Shown here one piece after another: positions 1 through 7,339 of a DNA stretch of 64,000 nt. A model generated the notes under the pieces. It did no database searches. It saw only the letters and a list, made by a program, of their open reading frames with translations, and was not told the DNA's origin. The position numbers and the translations under genes were made by a program. Within the stretch, counting starts at the first letter, position 1, and each line of letters starts with the position of its first letter. Source of the DNA: Kiritimatiellia bacterium. GTDB taxonomy: Bacteria; Verrucomicrobiota; Kiritimatiellia; CAIQIC01; Lenti-01. The stretch lies in NCBI GenBank assembly GCA_017540905.1, contig JAFYAC010000029.1, positions 14,171 to 78,170 of the forward strand. Direction: 5' to 3'.

Positions 1-289
1 TGATGTGCGCCACCGCGTATTCGCGCTCCCGCCGATCGTCTGCCCCCGGCGTGTAGAGTTCGGGATGCCCGCGGGGGGCGCCGCGCGGGACGGGACAGAA
101 ATTGTGCACGCTGTTGACCTTGACCGAGCCGTTGGCGATCATCGCCTTGACGCCCGGCACCAGCTCCTGGCGCAGGTCGTAGCCCAATTCGAGCCGGTTG
201 ATGCCGAGCGCGAGGATTTCCTCGCACATGGCTTCGCCCGACGCGTGCCGGCTGGCGTTCCAGTGCGTGCTGACGGCCAGCTCAAGCAT
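1..289 (-). CDS. sugar phosphate isomerase/epimerase-like TIM-barrel protein (N-terminal part; gene runs off the window start)
   Basis: Not in the ORF track because the window edge truncates it. Reverse-strand translation from the ATG (rc of 287-289) gives MLELAVSTHWNASRHASGEAMCEEILALGINRLELGYDLRQELVPGVKAMIANGSVKVNSVHNFCPVP... GC3 is high and an in-frame stop lies just upstream of the ATG. Resembles xylose-isomerase-like TIM-barrel proteins. Confidence 0.5.
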   Translation of the reverse strand, partial: MLELAVSTHWNASRHASGEAMCEEILALGINRLELGYDLRQELVPGVKAMIANGSVKVNSVHNFCPVPRGAPRGHPELYTPGADDRREREYAVAHI

Positions 290-456
290 GGCCAGGGCGT
301 TCCGCGCGGACGGAGACGGCAGAATGGATGGTTTTGTTTCTCACAACCCAACCAAGCTACCCGTTTTGCCGCCGCTTGGCAAGCCCGCAGACCCCCGGGC
401 CGCGGTGCTTCTTGACTTTCCCGCCCCATCCCGTAATGTAACCCACGCTCCGCGGC

Positions 457-532
457 GCCGGCTTAGCTCAGTTGGCAGAGCAGCTGATTTGTAATCAGCA
501 GGTCGTCGGTTCGAATCCGTCCGCCGGCTCCA
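457..532 (+). tRNA. tRNA-Thr (anticodon UGU)
   Basis: Manual cloverleaf: acceptor GCCGGCT/CGCCGGC; D arm GCTC-AGTTGGCA-GAGC; anticodon arm GCTGA-TTTGTAA-TCAGC (anticodon TGT); T arm GTCGG-TTCGAAT-CCGTC; discriminator T; encoded CCA. There is one U-U mismatch in the T stem (506/520) and one mismatch at 7-66. Confidence 0.85.
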
Positions 533-533
533 T
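487..533 (+). repeat. attL (tRNA-Thr anticodon loop to CCA+1)
   Basis: ATTTGTAATCAGCAGGTCGTCGGTTCGAATCCGTCCGCCGGCTCCAT. It is repeated at 11545-11591 with a single difference (T520 versus A11578). Confidence 0.85.
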
Positions 534-655
534 TCTCTTCCGCTTGGAAGGGAGTGGGTTGTGGCACGCGGTGCCCGGTCCGGGGGGCGTGGGTGCCGGG
601 GGTTGGTGACGTTTTTGGTGACGAATTGCGCTTGCAATCGTCACCTTGGCGAACC

Positions 656-1852
656 ATGATGCACCTTGTGAAACCTACAGGCAAAGCAACCGGCATTTGG
701 AGAGAGCACGGCGTGACAATCCGCTATCGTGACGGGCGCCGGTGTCCATGGATGATTGACGTGGGGCGCGGCGGTTTGCGGATCCGTCGGCACTACGCGA
801 CGGAGGCGGAAGCGAGGGCGGCGGCGGTGGAGCTGTCGGCCTCGTTCACGTCCTCCGGGGTGCAAGGCTACTCGCTCACGCTGGAACAGCGCCAGGACGC
901 CGAGCGGGCCTTGGCCCTGCTCGGTGGTCGGTACACACTCGAAGAGGCGGCGCGCGGGTTCCTCGCGTCGCTGCCGACTGACGAAACGACGGTCCGCGAA
1001 CTGTCGGACGGTCTGCTTGCCTCCCTTGCCGCGAACGGGCGACGGCCCCGCACCATCAAGGGACGGGCGCAAATGCTTCGCCCGTTCGTGACCCTCTTCG
1101 GGGACCGTCCCGCTGCCGGCATCGGCTACCGGGAACTCGAGGACTGGCTTCTCGAAATCGGCAAGGGTATGTCGCCCTCCTCGCGGAATAACTACCGCAT
1201 CGCCGTCGGGACCCTCTTCGAGTACGCGGTCGCCCGTGGGTGCTGCGTGTCGAACCCTGCCCGCCGTCTGCCGGTCGCCTCGCGCGACGAAACGCTCCCG
1301 GAGGTTTTCACGCCGGACCAGGCGTCGGCGCTCATGCGCTCGGCGGTCGATGTCGACGGTGGCCGCATGGTGCCCTACTTCGCCCTCGGCCTCTTCGCCG
1401 GTCTCCGTCCCGAAAACGAGTTGCGGCGGCTTGACTGGCGCAACGTGGATTTGCGTGGGCGGATGATCCGCGTGCTACCGGCGACGGCGAAGCGGCGCCG
1501 GACGCGGTTCGTCCGCATCGTCGACAATCTGGCGGCGTGGCTCAAGCCCTATGTCCCGGAGTCGGCGGAGGGGGCGGTGTTCTTCTCGCGCCGGATGTTC
1601 CGGCGCATCATCGACGGCGCAAGCGTCACGTGGACAAAGGACGTGATGCGGCACTCCTTCGCAAGCTACCTCCTCGCCCAGTCCGGGGACGCGGCGGATG
1701 TCGCCGCGCAACTCGGACACACGCAAGGCTCGAGCGTCCTGTGGGACCACTATCGGGCGCTCGTCTCGGCCGAAGATGCGGAACTGTTCTTCGGAATCTA
1801 CCCCGCCGCGGCTGGCAAGTCCGGCGGGCGTCGACGCGGCTCGCGGCGCTGA
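656..1852 (+). CDS. int: tyrosine-type site-specific integrase
   Basis: ORF 554..1852. The C-terminal catalytic region reads RHSFASYLLAQSGDAADVAAQLGHTQGSSVLWDHYRAL (R..H-x-x-R..Y). The gene is adjacent to a tRNA. The ATG at 656 (MMHLVKPTGK) is preferred over 554 because the upstream part is G/R/P-rich and not protein-like. Confidence 0.9.
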   Translation: MMHLVKPTGKATGIWREHGVTIRYRDGRRCPWMIDVGRGGLRIRRHYATEAEARAAAVELSASFTSSGVQGYSLTLEQRQDAERALALLGGRYTLEEAARGFLASLPTDETTVRELSDGLLASLAANGRRPRTIKGRAQMLRPFVTLFGDRPAAGIGYRELEDWLLEIGKGMSPSSRNNYRIAVGTLFEYAVARGCCVSNPARRLPVASRDETLPEVFTPDQASALMRSAVDVDGGRMVPYFALGLFAGLRPENELRRLDWRNVDLRGRMIRVLPATAKRRRTRFVRIVDNLAAWLKPYVPESAEGAVFFSRRMFRRIIDGASVTWTKDVMRHSFASYLLAQSGDAADVAAQLGHTQGSSVLWDHYRALVSAEDAELFFGIYPAAAGKSGGRRRGSRR

Positions 1853-2018
1853 CGCCCGTGGGACCAGGGCAACCCCCGCACTTGCGAAAAACGGGGCGCG
1901 GGTCCCCTTCCCGCCAGCCCCCCCGAAAAATTTTCTTGTTTCGTTGACCTTGTAAAACCTTCGCGCACCTTGCGAAACTGCCGGACCTCGTTGGGCCGGG
2001 GAAATCCCTCTCCCTTTT

Positions 2019-2048
2019 TTGACAAGGGGAAAAAGTGTGCTTTATAGG
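2019..2048 (+). promoter_or_regulatory. putative sigma70-type promoter of the replication module
   Basis: TTGACA (2019-2024), a 17-18 nt spacer, then TTATAGG (2042-2048). It lies about 90 nt upstream of the ATG at 2135. Confidence 0.4.
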
Positions 2049-2134
2049 TAAGCCGCCCAAGCGAATTGTGCGGCTGACAAGTGGCAACGTCGCCAACACG
2101 GACGCGGCAACGCTGGGCATGAAAGGAAACCACA

Positions 2135-2479
2135 ATGCCCAAGACCGAAACCACGCCTCTTCTCGAAGCGGACAAGCCCCTGCGCGCTGCGCTCTACTCC
2201 ATGGCGGGCCAGTTGGCGGATGAGAAGATGAAAGCCGCCATCTGGCGCATCTTGGCGGGCGAGGACGCGCAGCCGAAACCGGCGCTCTCCGACCCTCCCC
2301 GGCAAGAAGTCTTGTCCGGGGCCGAAGCCGCCAAGATGCTCCGCGTGTCCCGCCGGACCATCACGAACCTTGCCCGAACCGGGGCCATCCAAGCCGCCAA
2401 GTTCCCCGGACGCATCCGCTCTTGCGGGTATGTCCGCGCCAGCATCGAATCCCTTCTTGCAACGAGGAAATCCCAATGA
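2135..2479 (+). CDS. AlpA/excisionase-family helix-turn-helix protein
   Basis: The C-terminal half reads LSGAEAAKMLRVSRRTITNLARTGAIQAAKFPGR, an HTH_17-like pattern. It is the first gene after the integrase, and its stop overlaps the next start (ATGA). Confidence 0.7.
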   Translation: MPKTETTPLLEADKPLRAALYSMAGQLADEKMKAAIWRILAGEDAQPKPALSDPPRQEVLSGAEAAKMLRVSRRTITNLARTGAIQAAKFPGRIRSCGYVRASIESLLATRKSQ

Positions 2480-3123
2480 GCGCCAGTCCAGAAAAAGAAA
2501 GCCGCCCTTTGGAGCAGGGCGGCGAGAAGTGGGATAGACCCGAACCCTCTTCTGCGGTGCACACTACCACGCCGCTTTTCCCCGTCAAGCCTCCCGCCGA
2601 CTTCAAGCCGCTCGCGCTGGAGTGGGCGGCGGCGGGCTTCCGCGTCATGCCGTGCGCCCCCTACAGTCACGCGCCACTGGTCCCCAGCGGCTTCGCGGCG
2701 GCGTCCTCCGATCCCGATCTCGTCCGCCTCTGGTGGAACATCTGGCCGGCTGCGAACGTCGCGGTTGCCACGGGGCGCGGCCTCGTCGGGCTTCGCCTCA
2801 ACAATCCTTTCGCCGCGACGTTGTTGAACCAAGCCGGTGCATCTCCGAAGTTCCTGCGGCGGCTCTCGTTCTCCTACCCAATCCGGCATCATGGGCGGGT
2901 GTACCTCTTCCGTTCGGATGCGCCGGTCACGTCGCGTCTGCGCGTCCTGCATCCGCGCTCGCACCTCCGCATCTTCGGGGAGGGGGACAGCCTGCTCGTT
3001 CCTCCTTCCCGACAGCACTCCTGGACATACTCGTTTCCGGGCCGAAAGCCGAAGGTGCCACCGCTGGCCTCGCTCGCGCCCTGGGCCATCATCGAACCCT
3101 ACTTGAACGGAGAATGCAAATGA
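2476..3123 (+). CDS. bifunctional primase-polymerase (PrimPol) domain protein
   Basis: ORF 2422..3123. The ATG at 2476 overlaps the upstream stop. The motif region WAAAGFRVMPCAPYSHAPLVPSGFAAASSDPDLVRLWWNIWPAANVAVATG is typical of the Prim-Pol N-terminal domain. Confidence 0.75.
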   Translation: MSASPEKESRPLEQGGEKWDRPEPSSAVHTTTPLFPVKPPADFKPLALEWAAAGFRVMPCAPYSHAPLVPSGFAAASSDPDLVRLWWNIWPAANVAVATGRGLVGLRLNNPFAATLLNQAGASPKFLRRLSFSYPIRHHGRVYLFRSDAPVTSRLRVLHPRSHLRIFGEGDSLLVPPSRQHSWTYSFPGRKPKVPPLASLAPWAIIEPYLNGECK

Positions 3124-4685
3124 CTACCCCCACTGACTGCGTACTTTCCTTCTTGGATGTCGTCGATTTCGAGAAAGACTTTCTCCTCGTTCTCGAAGCT
3201 CTTTACATCGGCTTTGGTGTTTCCGAAACTGGACTGCATGCCTATTGCCCATCTCATCTAATGCCACAACTGGACCAAGCCCTTACCTCCCTCAAGCGGA
3301 AATGCGAAGAGGAAAAACTTGAGCGTGGTACTTTTCTCCACGCTCCGGATGGACCGGTCCCTGCCGCTCTCGCTTGGCTCGAGAAACGACACGACGAAAC
3401 CGAGCTTGCTGTTCAAGATTCCGAAGTGAGCGCCGCGGAACAGACCGCCGAAGCCGCTGCCGTCCTCCGTGACGCTTCGCTGGCTTCTCCCCCAAAATCG
3501 CCCCGCGTCGAAACACCCTCCGCTGTTCCGCTCGACCTGCCCTCCGATCTCCTTCAGTTGTTGGAGTCGAATCCGGCAGAATTCATTGCCGATCTCGCCC
3601 AAGACCACAAAACCGGCAAACTCGACCTGCCGCCTTTCGTTGTCGAGGGAATGTTTCGTTGTGGCAAGTTGGTTATAGTGGCAGCGGATGGCGGTGTCGG
3701 CAAATCCTTCTTTGGTGACCAGCTCGCTATTTGTGTCGCCTCCGGCAAGCCCTTCCTGGGACGAAAAACCCGACAAATGCCCGCCCTCTATTTCGACTGC
3801 GAGATGGGCAACGCCTCCCAATTCCACCGCCTGGCCGCGCTTGCGTACCATCTTGGTGTTTCCCTTGACGATCTGCCGGTCATCCAGCGGAATGCCACCC
3901 CATTCCTGCGATATGTCACGCCCGAATATCTCGAGCGGATTTTGCTCTATGATTGCCACCGCCTCAACCTCAAACTGGGTGACTGCCTCGTGGTGTTTGA
4001 CAATCTCGCCGCGCTATCTTGTGGGGCCAATGAAAATTCCCTGCAGGATATGTCCCCCGTCATGCGTTGCCTGCGGGAAATCGTCGAGAAACACGGATGC
4101 CCCTGCGTTGTGTTCCATCACACAACCAAGGACGGCTACGACCCGCGCGGACATTCTTCCATCCGTGATTCGCTCGACGGCAATTTCCTCATCACCGGAA
4201 CGGGACCCACATGGTATTTCAAATGCGACAAGGGACGCGATATTTTCCAATTCCCAACGGAGGGTCTTGTCCGTGAATACATCCCCCGCCCCCGATTCCT
4301 GCGTTCTCGTGATGAGCTAGACACACAGCAATTTGCTGGTTTCGTTTGGAAGTCTACTGGACCCGTCAAGACGAAGTCGCCGGAGTCCGGCGACAAGCAC
4401 CAGCAGGGCATGAGCGCTGCCGAAGTCGAGCATTGCCGCGCCGTCGTGCGCTGCTTCCGCTCGCCCGACGAGAAAGTCCCGGCGACGGAACTTCGCGACC
4501 GCTACTGCAAGCTCGCCAAGGCGCAGGATCGCACCGCAAAAGCCGCCGTCAAGGATGCTGACACGCACCACTACACCAGCCGCCAAAAGGGCGGAGCGGA
4601 CGCGCGTGGTGTGCTCCGCACCCTCACTTCGAAGGGCCGCGGCGAGTGGCAAAAGCTCCACGGCACGACGGCGGAAGCGGAGTAG
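3120..4685 (+). CDS. AAA_25 / RepA-like (RecA-fold) replicative helicase-type ATPase
   Basis: Same frame as ORF 2622..4685. The ATG at 3120 overlaps the PrimPol stop (ATGA). Walker A reads VIVAADGGVGKSF, Walker B-like reads CLVVFDNLAAL, and HHTTKDG follows. Confidence 0.75.
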   Translation: MTTPTDCVLSFLDVVDFEKDFLLVLEALYIGFGVSETGLHAYCPSHLMPQLDQALTSLKRKCEEEKLERGTFLHAPDGPVPAALAWLEKRHDETELAVQDSEVSAAEQTAEAAAVLRDASLASPPKSPRVETPSAVPLDLPSDLLQLLESNPAEFIADLAQDHKTGKLDLPPFVVEGMFRCGKLVIVAADGGVGKSFFGDQLAICVASGKPFLGRKTRQMPALYFDCEMGNASQFHRLAALAYHLGVSLDDLPVIQRNATPFLRYVTPEYLERILLYDCHRLNLKLGDCLVVFDNLAALSCGANENSLQDMSPVMRCLREIVEKHGCPCVVFHHTTKDGYDPRGHSSIRDSLDGNFLITGTGPTWYFKCDKGRDIFQFPTEGLVREYIPRPRFLRSRDELDTQQFAGFVWKSTGPVKTKSPESGDKHQQGMSAAEVEHCRAVVRCFRSPDEKVPATELRDRYCKLAKAQDRTAKAAVKDADTHHYTSRQKGGADARGVLRTLTSKGRGEWQKLHGTTAEAE

Positions 4686-4722
4686 TCCGCGCCGCCGTCG
4701 GCCCCCACAATCCAGTCTCCCC

Positions 4723-4748
4723 CAATCCCCGGTCCCCGCCGGGGATTG
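4723..4748 (+). terminator. GC hairpin after the helicase gene (no U tract)
   Basis: CAATCCCCGG-tccccg-CCGGGGATTG, 38 nt after the stop at 4685. Confidence 0.3.
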
Positions 4749-4752
4749 GTGC

Positions 4753-5091
4753 ATAGGTGCAAAAGGTGCAATTTCTGCATCCTTGCACCTTTCGCGCCCG
4801 CGCCAGTATTGGCTTTTCCTTGCGATAGGTGCAAAAGGTGCAAGCCCGCGCCCGCCCGCGCGCTCAAAAAAAAACTTCTTCAAACCCCAGGACTTCGAGG
4901 GCGGTGGGAGGAGGTGTCTCCCCCCCGCCGCGGGGGAGGGGGAGGAGGGGCCCCCCTCCCCCCCCCGGGGGGGAGACGATAACCTCCTACCACCTCCCGG
5001 TCCTCGGGGTCCTGGGAAAGGGAAAAAATAGGTGCAACCCCTCCCCCTTATAGTTGCACCTTTTGCACCTTTGCACCTATCGGTCTTTCGG
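4753..5091. repeat. iteron cluster / putative replication origin of the element
   Basis: ATAGGTGCAAAAGGTGCAA occurs at 4753-4771 and 4825-4843. ATAGGTGCAA occurs at 5039-5048. The inverted set TTGCACCTTTTGCACCTTTGCACCTAT is at 5065-5091. An A9 tract (4866-4874) and a G/C-homopolymer palindrome (4908-4988) lie between the sets. Confidence 0.55.
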
Positions 5092-5188
5092 GACCGCGAA
5101 CGGGGCGGCGTTGGTCGCTGCCGGACGCGGGCGTCGGCGGTGGTCCTCCTGGACCTCCGCGCGCCCGGTCGGGCAGGGGTGGCGGTCG

Positions 5189-5518
5189 TTAGGCCCGGTC
5201 CGCGTCCGCGCCGTAGCCGGGGCGCTTCTTGGGGATGTACCCGGAAAGGATGTCCTTGAATGCGCGGGCGCGGGCGATGGCCGGCGGGTAGCCGACGGCG
5301 GCGAGGGCCGCGGCCAAAACGTTGCGGTCCTCCTTCGCCCATTCGTCGTACTCCTGGCGCAAGTCCAAAAGCCAGCCCTCGGGCGTGCTCTTGTGCAACG
5401 ACATGTCCCACCAGACAATGCACGCGACGTGCGCGCGAATCTGGCGGGGAAACTCGAGGGCGCGCACCTGCGCCTCCCACTTCTCAAACGGTGCTTTTCT
5501 CCATTTCGGCGTCGGCAT
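5189..5518 (-). CDS. hypothetical protein (109 aa)
   Basis: ORF with ordinary amino-acid composition (MPTPKWRKAPFEKWEAQVRALEF...WAKEDRNVLAAALAAVGYPP). I recognise no motif. Confidence 0.55.
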   Translation of the reverse strand: MPTPKWRKAPFEKWEAQVRALEFPRQIRAHVACIVWWDMSLHKSTPEGWLLDLRQEYDEWAKEDRNVLAAALAAVGYPPAIARARAFKDILSGYIPKKRPGYGADADRA

Positions 5519-5586
5519 GATACCCTTCTACACCAAGCCGGGCGGCGGCGCAAGCTCGCCGTTCCGGCGGCTGGCACGATCTGGGC

Positions 5587-5614
5587 TTGACGGCCCGGTG
5601 CGCTCTGGTAGAGT
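5587..5614 (+). promoter_or_regulatory. putative promoter for the 5750 gene
   Basis: TTGACG (5587-5592), a 16-nt spacer, then TAGAGT (5609-5614). It lies in the divergent intergenic region. Confidence 0.3.
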
Positions 5615-5749
5615 GCGCCCGTTCGCCGCTTTTGCGGTGGGCCGTCGAGATAGAAGCCGACGCCAACAGAAAACCACTTTGCCCGTTTGTCATGTGCCGG
5701 GGCTCTCGCCTCGCTTCTATCGCATGACTGACGGGTTTTTGGTGAGTAC

Positions 5750-6187
5750 ATGAAAAAGCAGAATGCGAAACAGGACACGGACGCGGCGGTGGTCGCGGAA
5801 CTTCAAAGCCATGACTGGAACGACACCCCTCGGGCATACTCGAAGCGGCTCCAGCAGTTGGCGCGGGACGAAGGAAAGCGCCTCTGGGAAGAGCGCGAAA
5901 CGTGGGGCGCGGGATGCAAGGGGTTTCTCGACTTCATGCATGCAGGGGAAAAACTGTTTCTTGACGGCCCCTACAACACCCATGACATCAAAGCCGCCTC
6001 CGGCCTCGCCCGCTCCCTCGCTTCGCGCCTCGCGAATGTTCCGCCCGAACTTGCGGACGAAGTTCGCAAGGCGGCGCGGCGTCTGGATGCCTTGGCCAAC
6101 CTCTGCACCCTGTACGTGTTCGGCGTCCGGGAATCCCTGGGCAAGCAACAGGACAAGGCACTCGACGCCGGGAAGATTCCCGTCTGA
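5750..6187 (+). CDS. hypothetical protein (145 aa)
   Basis: ORF MKKQNAKQDTDAAVVAELQSHDWNDTPRAYSKRLQQLARDEGKRLWEERE... The composition is protein-like. I recognise no motif. Confidence 0.6.
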   Translation: MKKQNAKQDTDAAVVAELQSHDWNDTPRAYSKRLQQLARDEGKRLWEERETWGAGCKGFLDFMHAGEKLFLDGPYNTHDIKAASGLARSLASRLANVPPELADEVRKAARRLDALANLCTLYVFGVRESLGKQQDKALDAGKIPV

Positions 6188-6358
6188 CGCTCCGGCTCCT
6201 CCTTGCCCTCATCTGCCCTCTCCCGCTGGCCGGGAGGGGGCTTTCTGTTGTCGGACGGCTCGTTGCCGGGGTCGCGGTCTCCGGCGCGTCTCCGGCCAAC
6301 GTCGGCGGAATGCGGGGCCTCGGCGCAGTCCACTATCACTCTGGGATTTTCAGGACTT

Positions 6359-7282
6359 TTACTTCCACCAGTCTTTGACGTCCTGCGCAGCAAACCACGA
6401 CTGCTCGCGATCCTTGGGAAGCGGCTCGCCGTGAATGATTTCGTAGGCCCTCCGGGCGTAGGCCTCGTTGGCCTTGCGCTCCTTGTGCTTCGCGATTTCG
6501 CTCCGGGTCATGTCTTGGGCAATGTAGCCGTGCGCCACTCCCTTCCCCTCCAGCAATCCACGCGCCGCCCAGCTCATTTCCTTCCCCGTGGCTGCCGGGG
6601 CCTTCGCCACCGCGGTCGCGACTTCCCGCGCCCGGACCAGTTCCTGCACCGCCGCCGCCTGTTCCTCCTTGCACCGCAAAAGCAGGGCCTGTTTCTCCAT
6701 GCTCTTCTTGAACGCGGCTTCCTCTGCTTTGCGGGCGGCTTCTTTTTGGGCCAGCGTCTGGGCGGTCATGCGCCGCACTCTGGCTTTCTCCCATTCCCGG
6801 ACCGCCACCTCCGCCGCCTCGTTCCTCGCCTTGTACTCCGCGCCTTTCTTCGCCACTTCCCGCTCGGCTTCCGACAGCACCCCTTTTGCCCATGTCTGTT
6901 CTGCGGTCGCCCTCGCGGCACCCTTCGTGGCTCCCTTCGCGGCGGTCTTGCCTCCCGCGCCAGCCCCACCTATGGCAAACGATGCGGCCATCACGCCAAG
7001 CTCGGCGGCAATCTTCGACACCTTGGAATCCCATCCCGTCTGCTGGTAGGTGTGGGTCATGCCCACCATGTCGCTCAAGCCGAATGTCGCGGAATTGAAG
7101 ATGTTCGCAATCCCCGCCACCGCGCCCTCCTTGAAGCCGTCCCAGGCGCCTTTCAGAACTTCCGATGTCGAAACCGGCTCCGGCTTGTAGGGGTTCCGGG
7201 CTGCGGCGGCGGCGTTTCCGCCGTTCATGCGCGCGAACATCGCGCGGCGTTGTTCTTCGGTCATGGTTTGCGTGGTTGGCAT
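6359..7282 (-). CDS. hypothetical protein with Gly/Ala-rich hydrophobic segment and long charged helical region (307 aa)
   Basis: ORF MPTTQTMTEEQRRAMFARMNGG...IAAELGVMAASFAIGGAGAGGK...EAEREVAKKGAEYKARNEAAEVAVREWEKARVRR... An AGGAGA-type RBS precedes the ATG. Confidence 0.65.
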   Translation of the reverse strand: MPTTQTMTEEQRRAMFARMNGGNAAAAARNPYKPEPVSTSEVLKGAWDGFKEGAVAGIANIFNSATFGLSDMVGMTHTYQQTGWDSKVSKIAAELGVMAASFAIGGAGAGGKTAAKGATKGAARATAEQTWAKGVLSEAEREVAKKGAEYKARNEAAEVAVREWEKARVRRMTAQTLAQKEAARKAEEAAFKKSMEKQALLLRCKEEQAAAVQELVRAREVATAVAKAPAATGKEMSWAARGLLEGKGVAHGYIAQDMTRSEIAKHKERKANEAYARRAYEIIHGEPLPKDREQSWFAAQDVKDWWK

Positions 7283-7308
7283 GGTCGTTCTCCTTGGCTT
7301 TGCTGCCT

Positions 7309-7337
7309 TGACTACGCGCGTTCTCGCGAGGTGTCAA
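7309..7337 (-). promoter_or_regulatory. putative promoter of the 307-aa gene
   Basis: On the minus strand: TTGACA (7337-7332), a 17-nt spacer, then TAGTCA (7314-7309). Confidence 0.3.
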
Positions 7338-7339
7338 AT

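Noticed and set aside
554-655. ATG at 554 as the integrase start
   Set aside because: The first 34 codons (MGCGTRCPVRGAWVPGVGDVFGDELRLQSSPWRT) cover the TTGGTGACG repeat region and look non-coding. The ATG at 656 gives a typical integrase N-terminus. The choice remains unverified.
2622-3119. Upstream extension of the helicase ORF (2622..4685, 687 aa), which would make a longer protein
   Set aside because: The extension overlaps the well-supported PrimPol gene in another frame and translates to R/P/G-rich text. The ATG at 3120 forms an ATGA overlap with the PrimPol stop.
5572-5592. Sigma-54 promoters at TGGCACG motifs (5572, 11323, 11344, also 575 and 8024)
   Set aside because: None has the TTGC -12 element at the required spacing. 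The motif is better explained as a repeated binding site.
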